A DNA stretch of 64,000 nt from Methanobacteriota archaeon. GTDB taxonomy: Archaea; Halobacteriota; Bog-38; Methanoflorentales; Methanoflorentaceae. Under the pieces are notes generated by a model. The model ran no database searches and had not been told where the DNA came from. It was given only the letters and a program-made list of their open reading frames with translations. Position numbers and translations under genes: made by a program. Positions 10,534 through 21,036 of this stretch are shown here, in pieces. How positions within the stretch are numbered: position 1 is the first letter of the stretch; the number at the start of each line of letters is the position of its first letter. The stretch is from the NCBI GenBank assembly GCA_963719035.1, contig CAVRAO010000008.1, positions 64,001 through 128,000 of the forward strand, written 5' to 3'.

Positions 10534-11367
10534 TTGGCAGTCGATTTAGGGAACTTTATAAACGAGTACTATTTAAACCCCATCATCTATGACACCGGCT
10601 ACAACCCTGTAAACACGATCACCTGGGCAATCATTTTAGGCCTCAGCCTCTTTGGAGTCGTCAAGCTTCTCAATAAGCTTAAGATTACAGTTGATGAGGT
10701 GTTCATATTCGCTGTAACCCCTTATATTTTTGCGGGGGGATCGTTGCGAGTCGTCGAAGACGCGGGTATCCTTGCAGCGCCGTACAAGTATCTCCTCATC
10801 ACGCCGCTAATCTATTTCTTCATATTCTTTGTGTGCGTCGTGGCGCTTATATTGTCGGTTGGTTTGCAGCGCACTGTTCGCATCAACTATTATTGGCCCT
10901 TCGCGATGACCGGCATCGCATGGAGTGCAATAAATGTCTGGCTCCTCTATACGAACGCGGTGTCGTTTAACGTTTGGATTTTCGCCCTCATATTGTCAGT
11001 CGGCATCGCCCTCAGCTTCTTCGTCTACGCAGTCGCTCACTTGTTAAATGTCGCTCTGCTAAAGGATCGCGTGAATGCCTTGGTGCTCGACGGACAACTG
11101 CTCGATGCAACGGCAACATCATTTGGACTCACGTTCCTACCCTACGCAGAGAAGCACGTGCTCCCGAACTTTCTTATCGAAGCTACTGGTACGGCATTCG
11201 TAATGTACCCGCTCAAGCTCGTTGTGACCATCCCCGTATTGTTTATCATAGATCAGTATTTAAAGAACGAGTCAAAGACCCTTGTCGGGCTCGTAAAGCT
11301 TGCTATTCTCACGGTAGGCCTTGCCCCGGCCATTAGAGACATATTGCGTATGAGCCTAGGCATATGA
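10534..11367 (+). CDS. DUF63 family membrane protein
   Basis: GYNPVNT, RVVEDAG, LITP, EKHVLP, GLAPAIRD; TTG start after a GGTGAT SD. Confidence 0.85.
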   Translation: MAVDLGNFINEYYLNPIIYDTGYNPVNTITWAIILGLSLFGVVKLLNKLKITVDEVFIFAVTPYIFAGGSLRVVEDAGILAAPYKYLLITPLIYFFIFFVCVVALILSVGLQRTVRINYYWPFAMTGIAWSAINVWLLYTNAVSFNVWIFALILSVGIALSFFVYAVAHLLNVALLKDRVNALVLDGQLLDATATSFGLTFLPYAEKHVLPNFLIEATGTAFVMYPLKLVVTIPVLFIIDQYLKNESKTLVGLVKLAILTVGLAPAIRDILRMSLGI

Positions 11368-11424
11368 CACGTTTGAAGCAGGAGCGCCTTCTAAGTGCGC
11401 TCAAAACAGTTCAGGAGTTATGAG

Positions 11425-12813
11425 GTGAAGGAGACAAATTTCAGCAACTGGTTTAACGATCTACTGATCGACGCGCAAATTGTGGACGTGCGATACCCGA
11501 TCAAAGGACTTTATGTGTGGTTTCCATTCGGTTTTAAGTTGCGCAAACTGACATACGATATCCTCCGATCATTGCTCGATCGAGATCACGAAGAGGCATA
11601 TTTTCCCCTACTTATACCAGAAAATGAGCTGCTAAAAGAATCAGAACACATTAAAGGATTTGAAGAAGAAGTCTTCTGGGTGACCCGGGGCGGTTTTGGA
11701 GAATTGGATATCCCGCTAGCGTTGCGACCGACTTCGGAAGCCGCGATTTACCCCATGTTTAGCATTTGGATCCGCTCGCACGCAGATCTGCCACTGAAGA
11801 TCTACCAGCTCGTAAACGCGTTGCGATATGAAACAAAACACACGCGACCGTTAATACGGCTACGAGAGATCACGAGCTTCTGTGAGGCTCATACTACCCA
11901 CACCTCTTGGGAAGATGCCGAATTGCAGACCCACGCCGCTGTGGATTTATACAAGGAATTCTATGACCGACTAGGCATTCCATACATCGTTTCGCGTCGT
12001 CCGACGTGGGACAAGTTCCCGGGAGCAGATTACACACTCGCTTTTGACACGCTCATGCCTGACGGGAAAAGCCTCCAGGTCGGCACGATTCACCATCTCG
12101 GCACCAACTTTGCTAAGACATTTGATGTCACCTACGAAGATCGTGACGGCAATCAGCAGTTCGTCAATCAGACGTGTTATGGCATTTCAGAGCGCTGCAT
12201 CGCAGCCGTTATATCAGTCCATGGCGACGATAAGGGCTTGATTCTCCCGCCCGAGATAGCCCCCGTTCAGGTCGTTATTATTCCGATCTATAGCAAAGAG
12301 GCCGACAGCGAGGCTATTTTAAAAGCTTGTACCGAAATTCGACAGGAACTGTCGCGCTATCGAGTTGTTCTCGACACAGACGACATTCGGCCGGGCGCTA
12401 AGTTTTATAAGTGGGAAAAACAAGGGGTGCCAATACGATTGGAGATCGGCCCTAAGGATCTTTCGAAAGGCTCTGTTACCCTTGTTCGTAGGGATACAAG
12501 AAAAAAAGAGAGCGTGAAACGGTCTGAACTACAATCTCGACTCGCACAAGCGATGAGTGACGTATTGGAAAACATCGCCGAAAAGGCGCAAGCATTTCTC
12601 GATTCGCATATGGTCGCTATAGAAATGCCCGAACAAGCAAAGGGCAAGAAAGGCATTTTTAAGATCTCGTGGTGTGGATCCGAGCCCTGCGGGCGGAAGA
12701 TCCAAGAGTTAAGTGATGCTGACATATTAGGAGAAACCGAACCTAGGGAAGGGCGTTGCCCCGTTTGCAGTGCACCAACGACCGTCTGCGCCCTTCTGGC
12801 CCGGCCATACTGA
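11425..12813 (+). CDS. proS: Prolyl-tRNA synthetase (archaeal type)
   Basis: LRPTSE, YETKHTRPLIRLREI, DKFPGA, QTCYGISER; start could be 11395. Confidence 0.96.
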   Translation: MKETNFSNWFNDLLIDAQIVDVRYPIKGLYVWFPFGFKLRKLTYDILRSLLDRDHEEAYFPLLIPENELLKESEHIKGFEEEVFWVTRGGFGELDIPLALRPTSEAAIYPMFSIWIRSHADLPLKIYQLVNALRYETKHTRPLIRLREITSFCEAHTTHTSWEDAELQTHAAVDLYKEFYDRLGIPYIVSRRPTWDKFPGADYTLAFDTLMPDGKSLQVGTIHHLGTNFAKTFDVTYEDRDGNQQFVNQTCYGISERCIAAVISVHGDDKGLILPPEIAPVQVVIIPIYSKEADSEAILKACTEIRQELSRYRVVLDTDDIRPGAKFYKWEKQGVPIRLEIGPKDLSKGSVTLVRRDTRKKESVKRSELQSRLAQAMSDVLENIAEKAQAFLDSHMVAIEMPEQAKGKKGIFKISWCGSEPCGRKIQELSDADILGETEPREGRCPVCSAPTTVCALLARPY

Positions 12814-12937
12814 TGCTATGTCGAAAGCAAGCAATGAAGCAGACGCATCTACAGTCTATTTGAGATTTGCGAGACAATGTCCAGGTATCTGATCGCATTC
12901 ATCACTTGCTGCGGCCTGAAAGCCCTGAAGGGCAAAT

Positions 12938-14113
12938 TTGCTGGAGAACAACTTGAATTCAACGCTAACTGAAACCCTCGATCGAAAAATCGCCGAACTT
13001 CAACTTGACGGTTATGCTCAGTACGCTGCGTCTTCGAAGGACGCTAATCTCTACTATTTGACTAGTTTCTTAGCGGACGATCCATTCTTGTTTTTACGAA
13101 CAGGCGAACAATCCATCCTAATAATCTCCAGCATGGAGAAAGCGAGGGCGCTTAGATCTTCAGATGTTGATCGCGTGCTTACGCGAGAGGATTTTCAGAA
13201 GGACTCATACGAAACGGAAGTCGATCGCGCCACACTTAACATGATCGGATCAGTGCTAAGGGAACGTGACATCAAGCGCTTAGGAGTTAACGCTGATTTT
13301 CCTGTAAGTTTAGCAGACGAGCTGCGGCGCACTGGCTACGAGATTGTCCCTATATCTGGTTCGATCGAACGCTTACGATCAATCAAAACGGCCGGCGAAC
13401 TGAAACTCATGGCACAAGTGCAGCGTGCTAGCGAAAAAGCGCTCGCCTCCGCAATCACCATCCTAACCCATAGCAAAATCAGTGGCGACGCGCTGAGGTA
13501 TAAGGGGCAGGTGCTTACGTCGGAACTATTGAAAAGCGCAATCGGCCAGTCCCTTATCAGCGATGCTTGCACGCCGCAAGACGTCATAGCGTCGAGCGGC
13601 GAGGATTCCGCGTTACCCCATCTAGTAGGGTCAGGGCCGGTAAAAGCGAATTCTGCAATCGTGTTTGACGTTTTTCCGCAATCGGTCACATCCCGATACC
13701 ACGCAGATATGTCGCGCACAGTACTTCGCGGAGATGCGCCTCCCGAACTCTTCGATATGTATTCTGCAGTTCAAGAGGCGCAAAACATTGCCCTTAAAAT
13801 GCTAAGGCCAGGGATGAGTGGGTCGGAGGTCCATTTGGCCGTTGCAGATCACTTCGAACAGAGTGGTTTCCAAACGAACCTCGACAACGGTCGAGGTTTC
13901 ATACACTCAACAGGTCACGGACTAGGATTAGAGGTCCACGAACTACCATTCCTCAGCAAAAGGGGTGGGCTCCTGGAAAAAGGCAACGTAGTGACGGTTG
14001 AACCGGGCTTATATTACCCTAGCATCGGAGGGGTACGACTCGAAGACGTAGCTGTTATTACACATAACGGGAATAGAAACATCACCCAGTTTCCAAAGGA
14101 GTTCGTGATATAG
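12938..14113 (+). CDS. Xaa-Pro aminopeptidase (M24B)
   Basis: LPH, D..P..YHADMSRT, HSTGHGLGLEVHE, VEPGLY, GVRLED. Confidence 0.92.
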   Translation: MLENNLNSTLTETLDRKIAELQLDGYAQYAASSKDANLYYLTSFLADDPFLFLRTGEQSILIISSMEKARALRSSDVDRVLTREDFQKDSYETEVDRATLNMIGSVLRERDIKRLGVNADFPVSLADELRRTGYEIVPISGSIERLRSIKTAGELKLMAQVQRASEKALASAITILTHSKISGDALRYKGQVLTSELLKSAIGQSLISDACTPQDVIASSGEDSALPHLVGSGPVKANSAIVFDVFPQSVTSRYHADMSRTVLRGDAPPELFDMYSAVQEAQNIALKMLRPGMSGSEVHLAVADHFEQSGFQTNLDNGRGFIHSTGHGLGLEVHELPFLSKRGGLLEKGNVVTVEPGLYYPSIGGVRLEDVAVITHNGNRNITQFPKEFVI

Positions 14114-14983
14114 GTGCAAGAAGCCGACGTGTTAGATAAATACCGCGAAGCTGGCCGCATACTAGCAGAGGTTCGCGGAGAAGCCATCAAAAAAGTAAGA
14201 ATCGGTGAAAAATTGCTAGACGTGGCTGAAAGCATAGAAAGCTTAATACAGCAAAAAGGTGGAGCGGTAGCCTTTCCGATGAATATATCCTTGAACGATG
14301 AAGCAGCGCACGCTACCCCTTCCAAGGCAGATGAATCGACTTTCGGCCGCGATCTCGTCAAGCTTGATATTGGCGTCCATATAGAAGGCTATATCGCAGA
14401 CACCGCTATCACTGTTGATCTCGGCAGTAATAAGGAATTAGTAGAAGCGTCGAATAGCGCACTCGAGCGAGCAATTGAAGTTGTACACGCTGGCGTCGAC
14501 ACGGCTGAGATCAGCGCGGTCATCGAACAAACCATCACTGATTACGGATTCCACCCTGTCGTCAATCTAACGGGGCACGGCCTAGAGCGTTACACACAAC
14601 ACGCCCCGCCTGCGATACACAACCGAAGAACTCAAAGCGGTACGACGCTCAAAGAAGGTCAGGTTATCGCTATCGAACCTTTTTCCTCTAACGGCAATGG
14701 TCGAGTTTACGAGACAGGAAAAGCGGAAATCTTCAGCCTTGTGAAGACAAAGCCTATTCGATCGCCCGAGGCTAGATCGATCTTGAAAGAAGTGGAGGTT
14801 TACAAGTCACTTCCATTCGCAAAAAGATGGCTAACGGGACGCGTCGATCTGGGCTTAAAGCAACTGGAAACAGCGGGCATGATCCACCCCTATCCTGTGT
14901 TAAAAGACAAAGGACTCGTTTCACAAGCTGAGGATACCCTTATCGTAACGACCGACGGAAGCGAAGTAATAACTAGAATCTGA
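14114..14983 (+). CDS. map: Methionine aminopeptidase type II
   Basis: AAHATP, KLDIGVHIEGYIADTA, NLTGHG, AIEPF. Confidence 0.95.
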   Translation: MQEADVLDKYREAGRILAEVRGEAIKKVRIGEKLLDVAESIESLIQQKGGAVAFPMNISLNDEAAHATPSKADESTFGRDLVKLDIGVHIEGYIADTAITVDLGSNKELVEASNSALERAIEVVHAGVDTAEISAVIEQTITDYGFHPVVNLTGHGLERYTQHAPPAIHNRRTQSGTTLKEGQVIAIEPFSSNGNGRVYETGKAEIFSLVKTKPIRSPEARSILKEVEVYKSLPFAKRWLTGRVDLGLKQLETAGMIHPYPVLKDKGLVSQAEDTLIVTTDGSEVITRI

Positions 14984-15078
14984 TACCGCTTTTACGTGTC
15001 TTTTTAGCTATCTGCCTTCAACCTAATCTTTATATGCTGTTCACGCAATAATCATCCTTTATATAGAAAAGGTGCTAG

Positions 15079-16362
15079 ATGGAAGATTCGGAAAGTCAAG
15101 TTCTTGATATCGTTGAGCTGTTGCTTACTGCGCATATCTACAATGGCAACGATCAGCTTGATGAAAACGACCTGCCCCCACCAATAAGAAAGAACTATTG
15201 GAACTCCAAAGAGCGCAAGGTAGAAAGACCTATCATCGTTTCAGAAAAATCTGTTGACGGAATCTTTGAGATCCCGCACGGATGGAGTCTAATAAAAACG
15301 TTCCCATTTGTCTCATTCGATGAGTTTGGCGCTCGGATCAGCCTCACTGTATTCGACTTGGGCGCCAAGTGGTTTGCTAATCAAGATTCTTTGTCCCGCA
15401 TCAAACGGAACCCGACCTTGGCATTCTATTATTCACAGCAAGACTCAATTGACGTCAGCTACGAACAAGCGCGTAAAGATAACAAACCCATAGAAATGGA
15501 CAGGGAATGGATACAATCACTAACAGACGAGATCGCAGGCGAGGGCGAAGAAGCAGAAGATATGCTCAAACTAGTTTCTATTTCCGCGCCCGAGGATGTT
15601 CGCGAAAGCCTCGGTAAAATAGTCCTTACTCAGGAACAGGTAGAGGAAATAGAGAAGATAGTAAAGGCAATACAATATAGAGAATATCTTAAAGAGATAG
15701 AACTATTTGAAATAGGAAAGCTGTTGTTCGTTGGGCCCCCTGGAACAGGGAAGACCTCTGTTGCCCGAGCCCTTTCAAAAGAGTTAGGGTTCCCGTTCTT
15801 AGAGGTCCGTCTCTCGATGATTACATCGCAATATCTTGGGGAAACGACTAAGAATATCGGCAAAGTATTCACTCTTGCAAAACGATTGAACCCCTGCATC
15901 CTTTTTATCGATGAATTTGATTATGTGGCAAAAACACGTCTTGCAGATGAGCATGGCGCGATAAAAAGAGCCGTGAACATGCTGCTTAAGAGTATCGACG
16001 ACATCAGCCTTGTCGATGATGGAGTGCTTCTGATTGGTGCCACAAATCACCCAAAGTTACTTGATTCCGCTGCGTGGAGGCGATTTGACAAGATTGTAGA
16101 TTTTCCGCTTCCCGACGCGTTTATGAGAAAAGAAATATTTGAAAAGATACTAGCGCGCGTTGCGGGCACGTTTGACACTCAGAAACTAGCAGATATGACT
16201 GATCAATGCACCGGTTCAGATCTCAGGCTGATATTGAGAGAAGCAGTGCTGAAGGCGTTATTTGAAGATAGAACAAATCTAACGCAAGGTGACCTTGAAG
16301 AGGCCGTGAGCAACTTCAGCAAACGATTTGAGCTCAAAATGAGTGCATACGAAAACATCTAA
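15079..16362 (+). CDS. AAA+ ATPase
   Basis: GPPGTGKT, ILFIDEFD, ATNHPKLLDSAAWRRFD. Confidence 0.9.
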   Translation: MEDSESQVLDIVELLLTAHIYNGNDQLDENDLPPPIRKNYWNSKERKVERPIIVSEKSVDGIFEIPHGWSLIKTFPFVSFDEFGARISLTVFDLGAKWFANQDSLSRIKRNPTLAFYYSQQDSIDVSYEQARKDNKPIEMDREWIQSLTDEIAGEGEEAEDMLKLVSISAPEDVRESLGKIVLTQEQVEEIEKIVKAIQYREYLKEIELFEIGKLLFVGPPGTGKTSVARALSKELGFPFLEVRLSMITSQYLGETTKNIGKVFTLAKRLNPCILFIDEFDYVAKTRLADEHGAIKRAVNMLLKSIDDISLVDDGVLLIGATNHPKLLDSAAWRRFDKIVDFPLPDAFMRKEIFEKILARVAGTFDTQKLADMTDQCTGSDLRLILREAVLKALFEDRTNLTQGDLEEAVSNFSKRFELKMSAYENI

Positions 16363-16409
16363 CGAAGTAGTAGGTTAAGAGCGCCAACGAGAATTCAGCC
16401 ACTTGTGGC

Positions 16410-17648
16410 GTGGAGGTAGCTAACTTGGAAGCTTGCGTAAATATAGGGATGGTAGGACACGTCGACCATGGCAAGACGACGTTGGTGTCCGCTCTTTCAG
16501 GCACATGGACGGACCAACACAGTGAAGAAGTAAAGCGCGGCATTTCGATCAGACTCGGATATGCTAACGTCACTTTCAAGAGATGCCCGCAGTGTCCGGA
16601 GCCCGATGCATATACAGTCGCGTCAGTGTGCGGCAAATGTGGCGCTAAAGCAGAACCGATGCGCACTGTTTCCTTTGTAGATGCGCCCGGACACGAGACA
16701 CTGATGGCTACGATGTTATCAGGGGCTGCAATTATGGACGGTGCTATACTTGTTATTGCAGCAAATGAACCATGCCCGCAACCACAAACTAAAGAGCACC
16801 TTATGGCGCTCGATATAATTGGTATTAAAAAGGTAATCATTGTTCAAAATAAGATCGATCTGGTCTCGCGCGACGATTTACTCGTTAACTACGAACAGAT
16901 CAAGGAATTTGTGAAAGGGACTGTAGCAGAGCACGCCCCAATTATACCTATCTCAGCCCAACAAGGGGTTAACATTGACCTACTAATTGAGCTTATCGAG
17001 AAGGAGATCCCGTGCGCTGCCCACGACGCGACTAAACCTGCGCAAATGTTTATCGCACGCTCTTTCGACGTCAATAAACCTGGAACGGACATCGCAAAGC
17101 TGCTCGGCGGTGTGATCGGCGGCACGTTGAACCAAGGTGAACTTAAGCTGAAAGATGAAATTGAAATACGCCCCGGACGGAGCGTCGAAGTTGGTGGTAA
17201 GAACGAGTGGGTGTCCATCACAACATCTGTGTCGAGCATAGTGTCCGAAAAGGAGAGATTGAAAGTTGCGACGCCAGGGGGGCTGCTCGGTGTAGGAACA
17301 AAATTAGATCCTGCGTTGGTGAAGAGTGATTCTCTCGTCGGCCAGATTGCAGGAACGCCTGGAACTTTGCCCCCTGTGTGGAAATCGTTTACGATGGAAG
17401 TTAAGCTCCTCGATCGCGTTGTTGGAAGCTCTAACGAGCTTAACGTCGATTCGATACACACGAGTGAGCCACTCATGTTGAGTATCGGTACTGCTACAAC
17501 CGTCGGAATCGCGACCAGCGCTCGCGATTCAGCTGTTGAAGTAGCACTCAAGCGGCCCGTCTGTGCACAAATTGGGTCTCGAATTGCCATTTCGAGACGA
17601 ATTGGCTCTCGATGGCGACTTATTGGAGCTGGAACGCTTATCAAATGA
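16410..17648 (+). CDS. eif2g: Translation initiation factor aIF2 gamma
   Basis: [33 protein letters not shown]. Confidence 0.97.
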   Translation: MEVANLEACVNIGMVGHVDHGKTTLVSALSGTWTDQHSEEVKRGISIRLGYANVTFKRCPQCPEPDAYTVASVCGKCGAKAEPMRTVSFVDAPGHETLMATMLSGAAIMDGAILVIAANEPCPQPQTKEHLMALDIIGIKKVIIVQNKIDLVSRDDLLVNYEQIKEFVKGTVAEHAPIIPISAQQGVNIDLLIELIEKEIPCAAHDATKPAQMFIARSFDVNKPGTDIAKLLGGVIGGTLNQGELKLKDEIEIRPGRSVEVGGKNEWVSITTSVSSIVSEKERLKVATPGGLLGVGTKLDPALVKSDSLVGQIAGTPGTLPPVWKSFTMEVKLLDRVVGSSNELNVDSIHTSEPLMLSIGTATTVGIATSARDSAVEVALKRPVCAQIGSRIAISRRIGSRWRLIGAGTLIK

Positions 17649-18007
17649 TCGCCATATTGGATGCCAATGCACTTCTCATCCCGTGGAATTTTAGAATCGA
17701 CGTATTTGAGGAGGTGCGCAGGCTGGGATTCGTACCGACAACGATAGAACCAGTTCGTCGAGAATTAAACACGTTGATGAAGAAAGGCTTTGCCGGGGCA
17801 GGCGTGGCGCTGCGCCTTTCAGCGCGATGTCAGACCGTCGAAACTGCAGGCGGTTCGACCGTTGACGACCAAATCCTCAACACTGCTCTTAAGTACAAGG
17901 CAGCAGTTGTAACGAACGACAAGGATCTTAAACGTGAGCTTCGTGAGCACGGGCTACATATAGTGCAGCTAAGAAACAGGAAATATTTAGAGGTCGATTT
18001 GCAATGA
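17645..18007 (+). CDS. PIN-domain protein (Fcf1/Utp24-like)
   Basis: LDANAL, VDD, TNDKDLK; conserved position after eIF2g. Confidence 0.85.
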   Translation: MIAILDANALLIPWNFRIDVFEEVRRLGFVPTTIEPVRRELNTLMKKGFAGAGVALRLSARCQTVETAGGSTVDDQILNTALKYKAAVVTNDKDLKRELREHGLHIVQLRNRKYLEVDLQ

Positions 18008-18029
18008 GCTGATGGACATGAGGGGATAG

Positions 18030-18620
18030 ATGTATAAAAAAGCGAAGTTGATTGACACGGTAAGGCTGCCGCCTGAAAGGCTAGGAGAAGATACGATAGC
18101 AGTCGTGAAAGACCTCCTGCGTGATAAGCTGGAAGGCCGAATAGACAAAACGCTTGGTTCAATAATCGCTGTCACTGATGTCTTAGACATAGGTGAGGGG
18201 CGCATACTGGCGGGAGACGGCGCTATTTATTACGATGTCACTTTCAACGCAATTACCTTCAAACCGGAGTTGCAGGAGATAATCGAAGGTAAAGTCGTAG
18301 AAATTGTTGAATTTGGTGCCTTTGTCGGATTAGGACCGCTCGATGGATTGCTGCACGTTAGCCAAATAGCTGATGACTATATTTCATACGATGAGAAGAA
18401 CGCGAGACTAGTCGGAAAAGAGACTGGACGGGCGATTGCCGAAGGGGATATGCTGCGGGCGAGGATAGTCGCGGTAAGCCTCAATGAACGAGAACCGCGA
18501 GAGAGCAAGATTGGCCTTACAATGCGGCAGGCAGCTCTCGGTAAGGTTGAATGGCTTGTCGAAGCACGAGACAAAGCCAAGAAAGAAGAAGAGGAAAAAA
18601 ATGCCAGAACAAGTGTGTAA
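18030..18620 (+). CDS. rpo7: RNA polymerase subunit Rpo7 (E')
   Basis: GDGAIYY, EFGAFVGLGPLDGLLHVSQI, KIGLTMRQ. Confidence 0.96.
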   Translation: MYKKAKLIDTVRLPPERLGEDTIAVVKDLLRDKLEGRIDKTLGSIIAVTDVLDIGEGRILAGDGAIYYDVTFNAITFKPELQEIIEGKVVEIVEFGAFVGLGPLDGLLHVSQIADDYISYDEKNARLVGKETGRAIAEGDMLRARIVAVSLNEREPRESKIGLTMRQAALGKVEWLVEARDKAKKEEEEKNARTSV

Positions 18621-18786
18621 GACGTGCCATCGGTTTGTCGAAGGACTTGTATGCCCTGTCTGTGGATCGAGCTCACTCGGGCGAGATTGGAGCGGCTATC
18701 TGATCATCATCGACCCGAAACGCTCTGAAGTGGCCAAGCGGATGAATATCGACTTACCTGGAAAATACGCGCTCAAAGTTCGATAA
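18601..18786 (+). CDS. spt4: Transcription elongation factor Spt4 (RpoE'')
   Basis: CKTC..CPVCGS..WSG..IIDP..PGKYALKVR. Confidence 0.95.
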   Translation: MPEQVCKTCHRFVEGLVCPVCGSSSLGRDWSGYLIIIDPKRSEVAKRMNIDLPGKYALKVR

Positions 18787-18793
18787 AAAGCTC

Positions 18794-19309
18794 ATGCTGA
18801 CCGAAAAACTGCGAGCTGAGCTGCAAAAACCATTTGGTGATCTTTGTTCCAACGCTAATTGTGCAGAAAAGTTAAGAGCTTATAGCAAAATAGTCACTGT
18901 TGGCGACATTACGACCTACAATGTCGTACAAGCCGGCATTGCGCCTGACGTAAGCATCATTGACGGCATCACAATGAGAAAGAGGGTGTCGGACGATATT
19001 TGCAGCGCGATCAGCGTCGACCCACGCGTTATCTACAAAGTAGATAATCCTCCAGGTTCCATCTCACGGCAGCTATGTAACGCGGTAAGCAGCTCTATGG
19101 AGCGCATCGCCCGGTCTGAACGGGTAAGAATCGTCGTCAACGGAGAAGAAGATCTTGCTGTTATCCCAGCTGTCGTAGAGGCCCCTTTGGGTGCCGCGGT
19201 GGTTTATGGGCAGCCTAACAAGGGCATGGTGATTATCGCTATCACGCGAGAGAGGAAAGAGAAAGCAAGACAATTGATGCACGAGATATTGAAAATCACG
19301 CCTAAATAA
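18794..19309 (+). CDS. GTP-dependent dephospho-CoA kinase (DUF359)
   Basis: VGDITT, IDG, NPPGSI, GEEDL, YGQP. Confidence 0.9.
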   Translation: MLTEKLRAELQKPFGDLCSNANCAEKLRAYSKIVTVGDITTYNVVQAGIAPDVSIIDGITMRKRVSDDICSAISVDPRVIYKVDNPPGSISRQLCNAVSSSMERIARSERVRIVVNGEEDLAVIPAVVEAPLGAAVVYGQPNKGMVIIAITRERKEKARQLMHEILKITPK

Positions 19310-19328
19310 GCATAAAAAAGGAGTTAAT

Positions 19329-19901
19329 ATGCAAATCGAAGTTATCAAAGAACAGCATAACGCACTGCTGGATCGAAAAGAGTTGCAAATCAAGATTAAG
19401 CATCCTGCAGCTACCCCAGCACGGATCGAAGTAAAAAACAAAGTTGCAGCCGACTTGAAGGTCGAACCTGACCGAGTGATTGTGGATAATATGAAAACTG
19501 CTTTTGGCAAGAAAGAAACGATAGCATATATCAAAGTGTATGAATCCACTGAAGTCGCATTGCAAATTGAACGAGAGCATATCCTAAAGAGGAACCGTCC
19601 GCCGACTACGGAACCGGCTGGAGAAGCGGAAGAGACGGTGACGACGGAACCTACGGAACCGGCTGGAGAAGCGGAAGAGACGGTGACGACGGAACCTACG
19701 GAACCGGCTGGAGAAGCGGAAGAGACGGTGACGACGGAACCTACGGAACCGGCTGGAGAAGCGGAAGAGACGGTGACGACGGAACCTACGGAACCGGCTG
19801 GAGAAGCGGAAGAGACGGTGACGACGGAACCTACGGAACCGGCTGGAGAAGCGGAAGAGACGGTGACGACGGAACCAGCTAACGGGGGGGAAGAAAATTA
19901 A
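19329..19901 (+). CDS. rps24e: 30S ribosomal protein S24e with a repetitive acidic tail
   Basis: [28 protein letters not shown]; conserved operon position. Confidence 0.95.
   Translation: MQIEVIKEQHNALLDRKELQIKIKHPAATPARIEVKNKVAADLKVEPDRVIVDNMKTAFGKKETIAYIKVYESTEVALQIEREHILKRNRPPTTEPAGEAEETVTTEPTEPAGEAEETVTTEPTEPAGEAEETVTTEPTEPAGEAEETVTTEPTEPAGEAEETVTTEPTEPAGEAEETVTTEPANGGEEN
19606..19875 (+). repeat. Six perfect tandem copies of a 45-bp unit inside rps24e
   Basis: Unit ctacggaaccggctggagaagcggaagagacggtgacgacggaac x6, encoding (P)[14 protein letters not shown]. Confidence 0.97.
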
Positions 19902-20046
19902 GGCATGTGATCTTTACGACGTGACCGAAGAAAAGGCGCAGAGGCGGCGCCAAAACTGTCCGCGCTGCGGCGAAGGAGTCTTTTTAGCCGAGCATAAGGA
20001 TAGATCATCTTGTGGTAAGTGTGGATACACACAGTTTAAAAAATGA
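19897..20046 (+). CDS. rps27ae: 30S ribosomal protein S27ae (probable ATT start)
   Basis: Manual translation (I/M)[48 protein letters not shown]; not in the ORF track. Confidence 0.93.
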   Translation: MKACDLYDVTEEKAQRRRQNCPRCGEGVFLAEHKDRSSCGKCGYTQFKK

Positions 20047-20061
20047 TCTTCGTTCGCAGGA

Positions 20062-21036
20062 ATGATCGTTCTAGGCCTTGAGGGGACCGCTTGGAATCTT
20101 AGCGCAAGCCTAGTGAATAATGATGAGGTTTTGTGCGAGGCGAATTCAGCATACTTACCCATTTCAGGTGGAATTCATCCAAGAGAGGCTGCGCAACACT
20201 TCGCTAGTAACGTAGTCGGCGTGATTCGCGAAGTTCTCAGTTCAACAGATCCTCGCTCCATCGAAGGGGTAGCATTTTCGCAAGGTCCAGGTTTAGGGCC
20301 GTGCTTGCGTATTGTTGGTACTGCTGCCAGAGCCCTTGCTTTACGGCTCGGCGTGCCTTTGGTTGGGGTCAACCATTGCATTGCTCACATTGAAATAGAA
20401 CGATGGAAAACTGATCTCTCGGATCCAATTGTACTCTACGTCAGTGGGGCGAATTCGCAAGTGCTTTCGTACCGTCAAAAGAGGTATCGTATTCTTGGAG
20501 AAACTTTGGACATCGGAATCGGGAACTGTTTGGACAAGTTCGCGCGATCAGCAGGATTATCGCATCCTGGCGGCCCCAAGGTGGAAAAACTCGCGCAAGA
20601 GTCACAAAGATACATACCTATGCCGTACGTCGTCAAGGGAATGGACTTTTCGTTTTCGGGGATCGCTACCGCGGCTCAAGAGGCTTTGAAATCCGCCCCA
20701 CTTGAAGATATATGTTATAGCTTTCAAGAGACAGCTTTCTCTATGCTCGTCGAAGTGTGCGAACGGGCCCTTTCGCAAACGGATAAATCAGATTTGCTCT
20801 TAGCTGGTGGGGTCGGGGCAAACAAAAGGCTCCAAGAGATGCTTGCTATAATGTGCTCTGAACGCAGTGCGCGTTTCTTCGCACCTAAATCGAAGTATTT
20901 GCAAGACAATGGCGCAATGATCGCGTACACAGGTTTACTGATGTTGTCACACGGGGTTCACACGCCGATTAGCGCTTCCGGGGCTAACCCGAACTTCAGG
21001 CCAGACGAGGTCGAGGTACTATGGATCAAGGGATAG
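20062..21036 (+). CDS. kae1: KEOPS t6A transferase Kae1
   Basis: LGLEGTAW, GGIHPREAA, HCIAH, GETLD, DNGAMIA. Confidence 0.96.
   Translation: MIVLGLEGTAWNLSASLVNNDEVLCEANSAYLPISGGIHPREAAQHFASNVVGVIREVLSSTDPRSIEGVAFSQGPGLGPCLRIVGTAARALALRLGVPLVGVNHCIAHIEIERWKTDLSDPIVLYVSGANSQVLSYRQKRYRILGETLDIGIGNCLDKFARSAGLSHPGGPKVEKLAQESQRYIPMPYVVKGMDFSFSGIATAAQEALKSAPLEDICYSFQETAFSMLVEVCERALSQTDKSDLLLAGGVGANKRLQEMLAIMCSERSARFFAPKSKYLQDNGAMIAYTGLLMLSHGVHTPISASGANPNFRPDEVEVLWIKG

Noticed and set aside
19606-19875. 45-bp repeats as a CRISPR array
   Set aside because: The units are contiguous with no spacers, lie in frame within rps24e, and no cas genes are present.
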